A model generated the notes under the pieces. That model ran no database searches, was not told the origin of the DNA, and saw only the letters and a program-made list of their open reading frames with translations. Below are positions 9,528 through 19,272 of a stretch of 64,000 nucleotides of DNA, one piece after another (position 1 is the first letter of the stretch; each line of letters opens with the position of its first letter). Location: the NCBI GenBank assembly GCA_022564195.1, contig JADFLW010000002.1, positions 12,320-76,319 of the forward strand, written 5' to 3'. This DNA is from Patescibacteria group bacterium. Its GTDB lineage: Bacteria > Patescibacteriota > Microgenomatia > UBA1400 > Chisholmbacteraceae. The position numbers and the translations under genes were made by a program.

Positions 9528-11054
9528 ATGGATTTATTCACGACATTCTCAAAGGTCTTTAGTCCAAAAGAGACCGCCAAGCCAGGAGTAGGAAGAAAGA
9601 AAGTAACGAAGCCCGCGAGACACAAACAGCCTGCGCCAGCAGATAGACAGCCAGCGTTAGTGGCAGCCCAAGCAAATGCCAGGGAAATCATTATTGATGC
9701 CAAAGACCAAGCGCTAAGCATTCGCCACAAAGCAGAAGAAGAGATGCGCAGGCTAAGAAGTGAGCTTACTCAGCGTGAGCAGCAGTTAACGCGCATGGAG
9801 GCCCATATTGAGGAAAGACAGATGCTCATGCAGAAACAGCAAGAGGAGCTTGAGAAAGATAAAAAGGCTGTGGAAACAAGCCGCAGAGAGCTTCAAGAGT
9901 TGAAGAAAAAAGAGGTTGCAAAACTTGAGCAAATTTCGAACCTCACGAAGGATAAAGCAAGACAAGAACTGCTGGACGAACTCGAAAAAGAGCTGAGAGA
10001 AGAAATGGCCAAACGCATTAGAGATGCTGAAGAGAAAGCCAAAGAAGAAGCCGAAGATAAAGCCCGTGAAATCCTTGTTGACGCCATGCGACATGGTGCG
10101 ACTGACTATGTTGTGGAGTACACGGTATCAACGGTAAAGCTTCCGGACGAAGAGATGAAAGGTCGAATCATCGGAAAAGAGGGACGCAACATTAGATCCT
10201 TTGAACGGGCAACGGGAGTGGACGTCGATCTTGACGAAACTCCAGGGGAAGTACGACTATCAAATTTCGATCCCATTCGACGTGAAGTGGCCAAGGTTGC
10301 CCTAACCAGATTGATTGCTGATGGCCGCATTCAACCTTCAAGAATCGAGGAATTTGTTGCAAAAGCACGAAGAGAAATCGAACGAACCATATTCGAAGAG
10401 GGCAAAAAGCTTTGCCACGCGGTGAAGGTCTACAATCTCCCAAAAGAGTTGGTACAGATGTTAGGACGGTTTAAGTACCGATTCTCCTATGGGCAGAACA
10501 TGATTGCACACACCCTTGAGGAAACTAAGATTGGAGTGGCGCTCGCCCATGAAGCCGGAGCAAATGTCGACACGGTTCGCCTTGCATGTCTGCTTCACGA
10601 CATCGGAAAGGTGGTCACGGAGGAAGAAGGGAGCCATGTGGAGCTGGGAGTAAAACTCTTAACACGCTATCAAATGCCACAATCGATGATTGACTGCGTT
10701 GCGCAGCACCATGAAGACGTACCGATCTCTTCTGTAGAGGCAGCCATTGTATACATTGCAGATGCAATTTCGGGGAGTCGCCCAGGAGCACGATTCGAGG
10801 ACTATGAGGAGTATGTAAAGAGACTTCAGAAATTGGAGGAGCTGGCAACAGCGTTTCCCGGTGTAAAAGAAGCGTATGCCATTCAAGCTGGTCGTGAGAT
10901 TCGGGTTATCGTGAGTCCGGAAGAACTCTCAGATTCAGCAACGGAAAAATTAGCGCACGATCTACGGAAAAAAATTGAGAAAGAAATGACCTATCCAGGA
11001 ACCGTAAAAGTAACGGTTGTTCGTGAAGTCAGAGTGACGGATGTCGCGAAATAA
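9528..11054 (+). CDS. rny: Ribonuclease Y
   Basis: N-terminal TM/coiled coil, KH domain (IIGKEGRNIRSFERATGVDV) and HD domain (LLHDIGK). RBS aaaaggag 6 nt upstream. Confidence 0.9.
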   Translation: MDLFTTFSKVFSPKETAKPGVGRKKVTKPARHKQPAPADRQPALVAAQANAREIIIDAKDQALSIRHKAEEEMRRLRSELTQREQQLTRMEAHIEERQMLMQKQQEELEKDKKAVETSRRELQELKKKEVAKLEQISNLTKDKARQELLDELEKELREEMAKRIRDAEEKAKEEAEDKAREILVDAMRHGATDYVVEYTVSTVKLPDEEMKGRIIGKEGRNIRSFERATGVDVDLDETPGEVRLSNFDPIRREVAKVALTRLIADGRIQPSRIEEFVAKARREIERTIFEEGKKLCHAVKVYNLPKELVQMLGRFKYRFSYGQNMIAHTLEETKIGVALAHEAGANVDTVRLACLLHDIGKVVTEEEGSHVELGVKLLTRYQMPQSMIDCVAQHHEDVPISSVEAAIVYIADAISGSRPGARFEDYEEYVKRLQKLEELATAFPGVKEAYAIQAGREIRVIVSPEELSDSATEKLAHDLRKKIEKEMTYPGTVKVTVVREVRVTDVAK

Positions 11055-11072
11055 GAGAAGACTGTAAGAAAA

Positions 11073-11107
11073 CCCGGTCTTAATTTTGAAAAGATCGGGT
11101 CTTTTTT
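11073..11107 (+). terminator. Rho-independent terminator after rny
   Basis: 9-bp stem cccggtctt/aagatcggg (one G-U pair), 9-nt loop, followed by a run of 6 T. Confidence 0.6.
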
Positions 11108-11112
11108 GTCCA

Positions 11113-11141
11113 TTGACATACGAATTAGATTGATGTATAGG
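11113..11141 (+). promoter_or_regulatory. Putative sigma70-type promoter for the HU gene
   Basis: TTGACA, 17-nt spacer, then TATAGG with TG immediately upstream. Confidence 0.35.
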
Positions 11142-11189
11142 TAAAAATGACAAGCATTATTTAAATGATTGAAGAGAAAGGAGCGCCTC

Positions 11190-11465
11190 ATGACGAAGAA
11201 AGATTTTATTGACATCGTCGCCAAAAAGGGTCATTTGACCAAAAAAGCCTCTGCAGAGGCTATCGATGTGTTTCTTGGCGAGGTTACTCATGCCTTGAAA
11301 AAAGGAGAGCGCGTGGTTCTTTCCGGATTCGGAACGTTTTATATCTCCAAAGTCGCCGATAAGCAAATCGTTCCATTCGGCCAAGAAGAGCGACGGACGA
11401 CCATTAAATCTCACCGTGTCGTCAACTTCCGTGCGGGCAAACCATTAAAGAGAGTTGTCTGGTAG
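11190..11465 (+). CDS. HU/IHF family nucleoid-associated DNA-binding protein
   Basis: MTKKDFIDIVAKK...GFGTF...FRAGKPLK. RBS aaaggag 7 nt upstream of the 11190 ATG; the ORF-track start at 11169 lacks an RBS. Confidence 0.85.
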   Translation: MTKKDFIDIVAKKGHLTKKASAEAIDVFLGEVTHALKKGERVVLSGFGTFYISKVADKQIVPFGQEERRTTIKSHRVVNFRAGKPLKRVVW

Positions 11466-11527
11466 AACGACAGAACTTCTGAGGTTTCTTCCCATTCGAT
11501 CCCTCCCTTGGTGGTAGAATAGGATCC

Positions 11528-12529
11528 ATGAGCGATCCAGTGATTCAAGTTGTACATCTTAAAAAATACTACAGCGTTCATGAGAAAGAGCCGGGACTGG
11601 CGGGTTCCATCAAGTCGCTATTTTCGAGAAAGTATCACGACGTCAAAGCCGTTGACGACATAAGCTTTGAGATCGGTGAAGGGGAATTGGTTGGCTTCAT
11701 CGGACCAAATGGTGCAGGGAAAACCACGACACTCAAATGTCTCTCAGGACTCTTGTATCCTACAGATGGAAAAGTCGAAGTACTCGGATTCGCCCCTTGG
11801 GATCGCAAACCGGAATTCCAGAAACAATTCGCTCTCGTCATGGGGCAGAAAAACCAGTTGTGGTGGGACCTCCCTCCGATGGAGACATTTATCTTAAACA
11901 AAGAGATCTACGAAGTGCCAGAAAAACAATATAAAGAAACGCTTGACAAACTTGTAAAACTGCTCGATGTAAAAGACATTTTAAAGATTCAAGTCCGCAA
12001 ACTTTCGTTGGGGCAACGCATGAAATGCGAACTCATTGCCGCGCTTCTTCATAATCCCAAAGTGTTGTTTCTAGACGAGCCGACAATCGGCCTTGATGTC
12101 GTGATGCAAAAGGTAATGCGCGATTTTATCAAACAGTACAATCGTCAGTTTAAATCTACAATTATGCTCACCAGCCATTACATGGGGGATGTCAAAGAGC
12201 TGTGTAGACGTGTAATTATTATCGACAAAGGAGAAATCCTCTTTGACGGAAAATTGCAGGACGTGATTGATCGTTTCGCTCGCAATAAGATATTGACGAT
12301 CGTCTTCTCAAAGGATATTGACCAAAGAAAGCTAGCCGAATTGGGAGAAGTACGACATTACCAATTTCCCGAGGCCCGTATGACTGTTCGACGAGATCAA
12401 GCAGCAGAGAAAGCCGCTGAACTCCTTGAGAAGTTTCCGGTAGCCGATCTTGTAATTGAAGAACCACCCATCGATGCCATCATAAGGGAGGTATTCACCG
12501 GAAAAATGAAGAAAAAGACAAAGGAATGA
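11528..12529 (+). CDS. ABC transporter ATP-binding protein (ABC-2 type)
   Basis: Walker A GPNGAGKTTTLK, signature LSLGQRMKC, Walker B LFLDEPTIGLD. Confidence 0.85.
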   Translation: MSDPVIQVVHLKKYYSVHEKEPGLAGSIKSLFSRKYHDVKAVDDISFEIGEGELVGFIGPNGAGKTTTLKCLSGLLYPTDGKVEVLGFAPWDRKPEFQKQFALVMGQKNQLWWDLPPMETFILNKEIYEVPEKQYKETLDKLVKLLDVKDILKIQVRKLSLGQRMKCELIAALLHNPKVLFLDEPTIGLDVVMQKVMRDFIKQYNRQFKSTIMLTSHYMGDVKELCRRVIIIDKGEILFDGKLQDVIDRFARNKILTIVFSKDIDQRKLAELGEVRHYQFPEARMTVRRDQAAEKAAELLEKFPVADLVIEEPPIDAIIREVFTGKMKKKTKE

Positions 12530-13335
12530 TATTTTTTAAAAAATACATCCAAATTGCCAAGACAAGTTGGGCGAACGGCTTTGTCTACCGCTTAAATTTC
12601 GTGATGTGGAGGATTCGTAACGTCATTCAGCTTCTCACGATCTACTTTTTGTGGTTTGCAGTCTCAAGCAACCAAGACAAGATATTCTCGTATACGCAAG
12701 CGTCCATATTGACCTATGTCTTGGGCAGCTCGATTATCCGAGCAATGGTCTTAAGCTCCAGAAGCATCGACGCGCAGGGAGAGATTGCCTCAGGCGATCT
12801 CAGCAACCACCTGGTCAAACCTATTAATTACTTTATCTACTGGGCTTCTAGGGACATGTCTGACAAACTATTAAACATCCTTTTTGCCATCTTTGAAATT
12901 ACTCTTCTTATCGTTGTAATCAGACCTCCAATACAATTTCAAACAAATTTGGCTTTGATAGCGCTCTTTGCCGGATCAGTTGTGCTCGCAGCGATATTAT
13001 TTTTCATCTTCAGCTTCATTATTAGCATGACGACGTTTTGGTATTACGAATACAACGGCTGGGCGCAACGATACCTCTCTTTTGTCATCCTCGAAGCACT
13101 CGCTGGGGGATTATTCCCCCTGGATATCCTGCCGCCAACATTTGCAAAGATCGCAATCGTGCTCCCAACAGCCTATTTTATTTACTTCCCAATGCAGATT
13201 TATCTAGGCCGCATAAATCCAACTCAAATAGTTGTAGGCTATGCTGTTATGTTGTTCTGGATTGTTGCACTGTATTATTTCGGCCAAATGCTCTGGAAAA
13301 AGGGACTAAAAGTGTATGGTGCCTACGGAAGATAG
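12526..13335 (+). CDS. ABC-2 family transporter permease
   Basis: 4-nt overlap with the ATPase gene; 6 predicted TM helices. Confidence 0.6.
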   Translation: MIFFKKYIQIAKTSWANGFVYRLNFVMWRIRNVIQLLTIYFLWFAVSSNQDKIFSYTQASILTYVLGSSIIRAMVLSSRSIDAQGEIASGDLSNHLVKPINYFIYWASRDMSDKLLNILFAIFEITLLIVVIRPPIQFQTNLALIALFAGSVVLAAILFFIFSFIISMTTFWYYEYNGWAQRYLSFVILEALAGGLFPLDILPPTFAKIAIVLPTAYFIYFPMQIYLGRINPTQIVVGYAVMLFWIVALYYFGQMLWKKGLKVYGAYGR

Positions 13336-13427
13336 CAACCAAATGTATGCGTAAATACCTTTTCGTTTGGCTAAAGTCAGCATCGCTCTCAGCTCAATCC
13401 AATCTTCAGCAAAAGGGAGGTGCGCTC

Positions 13428-14120
13428 ATGTTTATCGCTGGAAAATTCATTCGTTTTGGATTTTTTCTCTTGCTGCTTATCTTGATTGGAGAAAGAGTAA
13501 GTAGAATCTCTGGCTATACTTTGAATCAAATGATAACGTTCTTTTTGTTTTTTAACTTCTTCGATATTTTTGGACAGGCCTTTTTCCGCGGCCTGTACTA
13601 CTTCCGCCAGCAAGTTATTTCCGGCGAATTTGATTTCCGACTTGCCAAACCTATGAACCCGCTATTCCAGGTGCTCACTCGACATACAGATATCCTTGAT
13701 ATCCCGTTGTTCATCATCATTATGGTAGCGCTGGTAAAACAAGCAGTCGGGATGCCTCTCCAAACGTTGGGAATATTAATAGTCCTTACAGCAGCAGGGA
13801 TGGTAATCGTTACTGCCATTCACGTATTTATTGCCGGCTTGGGAGTCATTACGACAGAAGTTGACCATACGATGATGATTTACCGGGATCTCTCGTCCAT
13901 GGCGAGGGTTCCCACAGATATCTACGCTCCATCCATCCGCGCTTTTTTAACATTTATCATCCCAATAGGCATCGCCTACACGATTCCAGCCAAAGCTTTT
14001 CTTGGAATTTTGTCATCGAGTCTTATAATATATTCGATTTTTGCATCTGCAGTCTTCTTCACCACAAGTTTACTGTTCTGGCGCTACGCCCTCACCAAAT
14101 ATTCCTCAGCTTCAAGTTGA
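13428..14120 (+). CDS. ABC-2 family transporter permease (second subunit)
   Basis: ATG at 13428 preceded by aaagggagg. Hydrophobic throughout. The longer ORF from 13038 runs out of frame across permease 1 and is rejected upstream of 13344/13428. Confidence 0.55.
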   Translation: MFIAGKFIRFGFFLLLLILIGERVSRISGYTLNQMITFFLFFNFFDIFGQAFFRGLYYFRQQVISGEFDFRLAKPMNPLFQVLTRHTDILDIPLFIIIMVALVKQAVGMPLQTLGILIVLTAAGMVIVTAIHVFIAGLGVITTEVDHTMMIYRDLSSMARVPTDIYAPSIRAFLTFIIPIGIAYTIPAKAFLGILSSSLIIYSIFASAVFFTTSLLFWRYALTKYSSASS

Positions 14121-14123
14121 TCA

Positions 14124-15317
14124 TTGATCTGGTACAATAAAGCTATGTTGCAGACAGCAAAAGGAACATACTACATTAAAACGTTTGGTTGTCAGGCTAA
14201 CAAGAGTGACTCGGAACGAATCGAAGGCGATTATCAGGCTCGTGGGTATAAACCGGCGCGCTCCTGGGAAAGTGCTGATGAAATTGTGGTCAACACCTGT
14301 GCGGTTCGCCAACGCGCAGAAGATCGCGCCAAAGGATATCTGCTTAACGTTGTCAAGTACTTTAATGAATCAAAGTTGCCCAAACCGAAAATTATCCTCA
14401 CCGGCTGCATGACACACCATGGCGACAGAAAGCTTTATGAGATACTCCCAATGGTTGACGAAATTCTACCGGTCGGAGAGGTCGGCTTCAACTCGAAAGT
14501 CGTACGGCGAGACAAAATCCACGCCTGGGTACCGATCTCCACTGGTTGCAATTCCTTTTGCACCTTCTGCATCGTTCCCTATTCACGAGGCCGTGAAAAA
14601 TCTCGTGAAATGAAAGACATCCTGGATGAGATCAAACACTTAGCGACGAATGGCTACAAAGAAGTCACGCTCTTGGGGATGAATGTCAACTCATGGGGAC
14701 TGGAGAAACTCGGCATCGGATTCCGCAAGCTCTTGATGGACAAGGACAAAAAGTTCAAGCGTTCTGACCTTCCCTCCAATCAAAGTCAATACTTAAGACC
14801 CAATGGTGCGCCGCCATTCGTGAGGCTACTCCAAGCAATCTCCAAGATCAATGGAATAGAAAAGATCCGCTTCATCACCAGCAATCCTTGGGACTTTCAC
14901 GATGAGCTGATTGATGAAATTGCTAAAAACGAAAAGATAGACCGATTCATCCATCTTCCAGTCCAATCAGGAAGCAATAAAGTACTCAAAATTATGAATC
15001 GCGGGTATACCAGAGAAGATTACATTAAACTAGTACAAAAACTGCGCAAAAAAGTCCCTGATGTCGTCATCGGCACAGACATCATCGTCGGTTTCCCCGG
15101 TGAAACGGAAGAAGACTTTCAAGAAACAGTCAATCTTGCCAAGCAAATGGATTGGAAAGTGGGATTTGTTGCCCAGTATTCTCCGCGCCCCGGGACCGCA
15201 GCTTGGAGGATCTACAAGGATGATATCTCTCCTCAGGAGAAAAAACGCCGTTGGGAAATACTTGATGAGCTGATCAATAAGAGAAATCTTCATCAACGTC
15301 CCAAGATAGTAAGCTGA
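14124..15317 (+). CDS. miaB: MiaB-like radical SAM methylthiotransferase
   Basis: N-terminal MTTase domain (YIKTFGCQAN), radical SAM CxxxCxxC (CNSFCTFCIVP). The probable start is the internal Met at 14145 (MLQTAKGTYYIKTFGCQ). Confidence 0.8.
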   Translation: MIWYNKAMLQTAKGTYYIKTFGCQANKSDSERIEGDYQARGYKPARSWESADEIVVNTCAVRQRAEDRAKGYLLNVVKYFNESKLPKPKIILTGCMTHHGDRKLYEILPMVDEILPVGEVGFNSKVVRRDKIHAWVPISTGCNSFCTFCIVPYSRGREKSREMKDILDEIKHLATNGYKEVTLLGMNVNSWGLEKLGIGFRKLLMDKDKKFKRSDLPSNQSQYLRPNGAPPFVRLLQAISKINGIEKIRFITSNPWDFHDELIDEIAKNEKIDRFIHLPVQSGSNKVLKIMNRGYTREDYIKLVQKLRKKVPDVVIGTDIIVGFPGETEEDFQETVNLAKQMDWKVGFVAQYSPRPGTAAWRIYKDDISPQEKKRRWEILDELINKRNLHQRPKIVS

Positions 15318-15319
15318 GA

Positions 15320-16300
15320 ATGGACAAACTTCTCATCATTGTCGGTCCTACCGCTACAGGAAAAACTTCCTTAGGACTACATGTTGCCCAGAAGTGTAGC
15401 GCAGAATTAGTTTCAGCCGATTCCCGACAAGTTTACAAAGGCATGGATATCGGAACCGGCAAGGACATCCCATCAAATCTCAAATCTCAAATCTCAAATC
15501 TCAAATTTAGAGGCAGGAGAATTTCCTTTTATGGGAATAGCACGAAGATTTGGGGATATGATTTGGTTGAGCCAGACGATGAATTCAGTGTTGCCCATTT
15601 TAGACAAATAGCCCGAGCCGTCATACATGACATCTGGAAAAGAAAGAAGCTGCCCATTGTGGTTGGAGGAACAGGGTTGTATGTAAAGGTTCTGACGCAG
15701 CCGATGGCGAGGATCCACATTCCTCCAAACAAGAAGCTCAGAAGGAAGCTGGAAACTCAATCAATACAAGCCTTGCAAAATCGACTGAAAAAACTCAACC
15801 CGTCTCATTTTCGCCAGATGAACCAGTCCGATCGTAAAAATCCCCGGCGCCTCGTGAGGGCAATTGAAATCTCGATGTACCAGAAGACCCATCTCACAAA
15901 GTCTCATGGGAGCCAGAAACCTTCACTATCAGAAGCTTCAACGCTCTGGATTGGCCTCAAAGCACCGAGGCAGGCGCTCTACAAACGCATAGATGAACGT
16001 GTTGATGAAAGACTGCGCCTAGGAGCGCAAGACGAAGTAAGAACACTTTTGAAAAAAGGGTATGGCTTCAACCTTCCAGCAATGTCCGCGATGGGATACA
16101 TCCAATGGAAGCCCTATGTTGAAGGGAAAACTTCGAGACAGAGGGTCATCAGACGCTGGAAGCTCGACGAACACGCATATGCCAGACGCCAACTCACCTG
16201 GTTTAAGAAAAACCAAAAAATTTCCTGGTACGATATCACAGAGCCGGGCTTTACCAAGAATGTTGTGCGTACTGTCTTGCAATGGTATAGTGAACCGTAA
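15320..16300 (+). CDS. miaA: tRNA dimethylallyltransferase MiaA
   Basis: P-loop GPTATGKT, then SADSRQVYKGMDIGTGK. Contains an internal heptanucleotide microsatellite. Confidence 0.85.
   Translation: MDKLLIIVGPTATGKTSLGLHVAQKCSAELVSADSRQVYKGMDIGTGKDIPSNLKSQISNLKFRGRRISFYGNSTKIWGYDLVEPDDEFSVAHFRQIARAVIHDIWKRKKLPIVVGGTGLYVKVLTQPMARIHIPPNKKLRRKLETQSIQALQNRLKKLNPSHFRQMNQSDRKNPRRLVRAIEISMYQKTHLTKSHGSQKPSLSEASTLWIGLKAPRQALYKRIDERVDERLRLGAQDEVRTLLKKGYGFNLPAMSAMGYIQWKPYVEGKTSRQRVIRRWKLDEHAYARRQLTWFKKNQKISWYDITEPGFTKNVVRTVLQWYSEP
15472..15506. repeat. Heptanucleotide tandem repeat (ctcaaat/atcaaat, ~5 units) inside miaA
   Basis: Read directly: atcaaat ctcaaat ctcaaat ctcaaat ctcaaat. Encodes PSNLKSQISNLKF within an apparent insertion relative to canonical MiaA. 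Confidence 0.8.
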
Positions 16301-16311
16301 TTGGCTTAAAT

Positions 16312-17295
16312 ATGGTCCCAACCCGAGTCGAAATCTCCTATCGCACAATCGTATTCACCATTTTCTTCCTTGTTTTCCTATGGTTCCTCTATGTAATCAG
16401 GATGGTCCTCGTTGCACTCTTTATCGCCGTGATTATCATGTCTGCGCTCAACCCGCTGGTAGCACGACTGGAAAAGAAAAAGATTCCAAGAGCAGCAGCA
16501 ATCGTGATCATTTTTGCGCTGACCCTGTTCGTCTTCGCCGGGATTATCGCGGCAATTATCCCTCCACTCGTCGATCAGACGAAGAGCTTGGTCAATCAAA
16601 TTCCTTTCATCTTAGAACGTCTCGGAGGAATGCCAATTGATCAACAGGTGATCAGCGACCAATTAGGCTCAGTTCCAAGAAACATCGCCCGTTTCGTCAT
16701 CGGCACATTTTCTAATCTCATTGCCCTATTCACCCTGTTCGTGCTGACGTTTTACCTCTTACTGGAACGAGGAAATCTCCATCGATACCTCACCGTCTTT
16801 TTCGGGAGTTCTAAGACTGAAGCAAAAGCAGAGGAGTTTATCAACAAATTGGAACATCAAGTAGGTGGATGGGTCAGAGGACAGTTAATCTTGATGCTCA
16901 TCATCGGTGTCATGACCTACATCGGACTAAGGATCCTTGGTATAAGTTCTGCACTGCCGTTGTCAATTTTTGCGGGCCTTTTGGAGGTTATTCCCAATAT
17001 CGGACCCACGGTTGCGATGATTCCTGCGGTGCTGATTGCTAGCAGCATCTCACCGGTCACCGCTCTTGCTACCGTAGCGCTCTATTTCCTCATACAACAG
17101 TTTGAGAACAACATCATCGTACCAAAAGTCATGCAGAAAGCGATTGGTGTAAAACCTCTAGTCATCATTATTGCTCTCATAACCGGGGTAAAATTGGCGG
17201 GTGTTTTGGGTGCAATCTTGGCAATACCCGGATTCTTGGTTTTGAAGATTATTATTGAGGAAATATACGCTTCGGGCAGGTTTCAAAAATCCTAA
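16312..17295 (+). CDS. AI-2E family transporter (UPF0118/PerM-like)
   Basis: About 8 TM helices. Family motifs AIIPPLVDQTKSL and IPNIGPTVAMIPAVLIA. Confidence 0.8.
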   Translation: MVPTRVEISYRTIVFTIFFLVFLWFLYVIRMVLVALFIAVIIMSALNPLVARLEKKKIPRAAAIVIIFALTLFVFAGIIAAIIPPLVDQTKSLVNQIPFILERLGGMPIDQQVISDQLGSVPRNIARFVIGTFSNLIALFTLFVLTFYLLLERGNLHRYLTVFFGSSKTEAKAEEFINKLEHQVGGWVRGQLILMLIIGVMTYIGLRILGISSALPLSIFAGLLEVIPNIGPTVAMIPAVLIASSISPVTALATVALYFLIQQFENNIIVPKVMQKAIGVKPLVIIIALITGVKLAGVLGAILAIPGFLVLKIIIEEIYASGRFQKS

Positions 17296-17321
17296 GACTT
17301 CTCAGGAGACAAAAATTCCCG

Positions 17322-17670
17322 AGCATCGAGGAAATAGTAAGCCAGATTCTGTGTCCGATATAACATCGGACTGATGACATCTATCTTTGCCCTCAAGCCT
17401 CGTCCCACCTCCTCCGATGTTACATCAGAGGATATCGGGAAAGCGCCTTACCCCGCCAAAAAGGCGGGGGCGGAACAGTCGGAGGTTGCAGCGGGGAGGA
17501 TTGCCCGTTTCACCCCTCCGACGTGACGTCGGAGGACTCGTCTCTGTTGCTCTAACTGGCGGTTACCCGCCCCCGCTTACGCGGGGCACCCTGCTTTCCG
17601 CTGTCTGGACTTTCCTGACCCCGCCCCTCTCGAGGGGCGGGACCCATCATCATCATTTCCTCGACACCCG
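17322..17670 (-). ncRNA. rnpB: RNase P RNA, bacterial type A
   Basis: Minus-strand transcript: P1 pairing GUCGAGGAAAU/AUUUCCUCGAU; P3 hairpin CCCGCCCCUCGAGAGGGGCGGG; CR-I AGGAAAGUCCAGACAGCGGAAAGCAGGGUGCC (cf. GGAAAGUCCGGGC...GGGCAGGGUGCC); CAACAGAGA; GGGUGAAACGG; and CR-V ACAGAAUCUGGC, which forms P4 with GUCCAGAC. Confidence 0.8.
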
Positions 17671-17815
17671 TAAATATACCAAAACATGAAGAAATTCGCA
17701 AGTGCAATTGACAAGATTTCATGAAAACCCCATAATGTTAGTTGCAATCAGAAAAAGGTGTTCTGTTTGTAAAACAGAGACTTTCATTCCACGAGCAAGG
17801 AGGTGAAAAAGAAAG

Positions 17816-18514
17816 ATGCCCACAAACGGAGGAGCAAATTATAGTGACGCCCTGCTAGATGCATGGAGGAATGTAACGACAAAACTCTTCGCGTTTCTCC
17901 CAAATTTAATCGCCGCCGTAGCAGTATTTGTTATAGGATGGATTGTGGCCGGATGGCTTAGGTCCTTGAGCATCAAACTCCTTGAAGCCATTAGACTTTC
18001 AAGTCTGTTAAAAGGAACGGGAGTGCAAAAGTTTCTCAAGAAAGCAGAAGTCACGACCAAAGTGGAAGAGGTGATTGGAGCAATCGTGAAATGGCTGATC
18101 ATCCTCGTGTTTTTCATCGCCTCGGTCAATATTCTTGGTCTGACGACGGTATCGCTGGTGCTAGAAAGCATCTTAGGGTACATTCCCAATGTCATATCTG
18201 CGGCACTAATCCTGACAATCGGTGTCTTAATTTCAGGAGTTGTCGAAAGCATGGTCAAAGGCGCGGTTGGCTCAGTTGATGTCAAAGCCGGCAGACTGTT
18301 CGGGAAAGTCGCAAGCTACACGATCGTCGTGTTCGCAGCCCTAGCTGCAATTTCCGAGCTTAAAATTGCCCAAGCATTCATCAACACGATTTTTACCGGT
18401 TTCATCGCGATGCTGGCAATCGGACTGGGATTGGCAATCGGACTAGGCGCCAAAGACCTCGTTTCCAGAATCCTCAACGAATGGTACGAGAGCTTCCGCA
18501 GGGAGATTGAGTGA
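17816..18514 (+). CDS. Membrane protein with repeated conserved-TM-helix segments (CmpX/MscS-N-terminal-like)
   Basis: Four amphipathic/TM repeats separated by basic loops; no catalytic motif. The assignment is tentative. Confidence 0.45.
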   Translation: MPTNGGANYSDALLDAWRNVTTKLFAFLPNLIAAVAVFVIGWIVAGWLRSLSIKLLEAIRLSSLLKGTGVQKFLKKAEVTTKVEEVIGAIVKWLIILVFFIASVNILGLTTVSLVLESILGYIPNVISAALILTIGVLISGVVESMVKGAVGSVDVKAGRLFGKVASYTIVVFAALAAISELKIAQAFINTIFTGFIAMLAIGLGLAIGLGAKDLVSRILNEWYESFRREIE

Positions 18515-18517
18515 GAA

Positions 18518-19267
18518 ATGACGCTCATACAAGCTGCGCTTTTAGGGCTCGTCCAGGGACTGACGGAATTCTTGCCAGTTTCAAGCTCCGGACACCTCGT
18601 CATCCTACAAAAGCTATTTGGGTTTACCCATCCCCCAGTAACCTTTGATGTGCTGGTCCACACGGCAACATTGGGAGCCATCATACTCGTCTTTCGAGAG
18701 GATATCCGAAAAATCGATAAAAAACTCACATCTGCAATACTCGTTGGCAGCGCACCAACAGCCCTGATGGGAATATGGCTCTCAAGCATGGAGGATGCCC
18801 TCTTCAATTCACTCTCACTGGTTGCAATAGCGCTTTTGGGGACAACGGTCTTGTTAGCATCAAGCAAATACATAAAAAGAGTCCACAGAAAAGAGAGAAA
18901 GAACGTCGACACGAAAACTGCCCTGATCATTGGCGCGGCACAGGGACTCGCCATCATCCCTGGCATTTCAAGGTCAGCAGCAACGATTGTGATTGGGCTA
19001 TGGCTCGGGCTGGATCAGAGGACTGCAGTGCGATTTTCCTTTTTACTCGCCATACCCGCTATCCTTGGAGCCCAGCTGTTGAAAATTGACTCCCTCGGTT
19101 CAAACCAAATCGCAACATCCGCACTTGCAATAGGTTTCGTAATAGCCGTAATCTCCGGATGGATTTCCCTGAAAGCGCTGAGAGGCATCGTGGAACGCGC
19201 AAAACTCCACACCTTTGCGCTCTACACCCTCGTACTCGCCTTGCTGCTTCTTTTGGTAAAATTCTAA
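18518..19267 (+). CDS. uppP: Undecaprenyl-diphosphatase
   Basis: BacA signature GLVQGLTEFLPVSSSGHLVIL plus SRSAATIVIGL. Confidence 0.9.
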   Translation: MTLIQAALLGLVQGLTEFLPVSSSGHLVILQKLFGFTHPPVTFDVLVHTATLGAIILVFREDIRKIDKKLTSAILVGSAPTALMGIWLSSMEDALFNSLSLVAIALLGTTVLLASSKYIKRVHRKERKNVDTKTALIIGAAQGLAIIPGISRSAATIVIGLWLGLDQRTAVRFSFLLAIPAILGAQLLKIDSLGSNQIATSALAIGFVIAVISGWISLKALRGIVERAKLHTFALYTLVLALLLLLVKF

Positions 19268-19272
19268 GCATT

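Noticed and set aside
9786-10443. Several minus-strand ORFs (64-102 aa) inside rny
   Set aside because: They are antisense reads of a Lys/Glu-rich coiled-coil coding region (poly-Phe/Ser/Leu artefacts).
13038-13427. 5' part of the 360-aa ORF overlapping ABC-2 permease 1
   Set aside because: It is an out-of-frame overlap of ~300 nt with the upstream permease. An RBS-preceded ATG at 13428 gives a sensible second permease.
16062-16640. 192-aa plus-strand ORF overlapping the miaA end and the AI-2E transporter start
   Set aside because: It runs out of frame across two well-supported genes. Its Arg/Ser-rich composition is typical of alternate-frame translation.
17387-17689. 100-aa ORF (PPPP..., HHHH)
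   Set aside because: It is antisense to a clear RNase P RNA, and its low-complexity, GC-driven composition marks it as a spurious ORF.
18316-18966. 216-aa minus-strand ORF spanning the CmpX-like/uppP junction
   Set aside because: It is antisense to two supported plus-strand genes.
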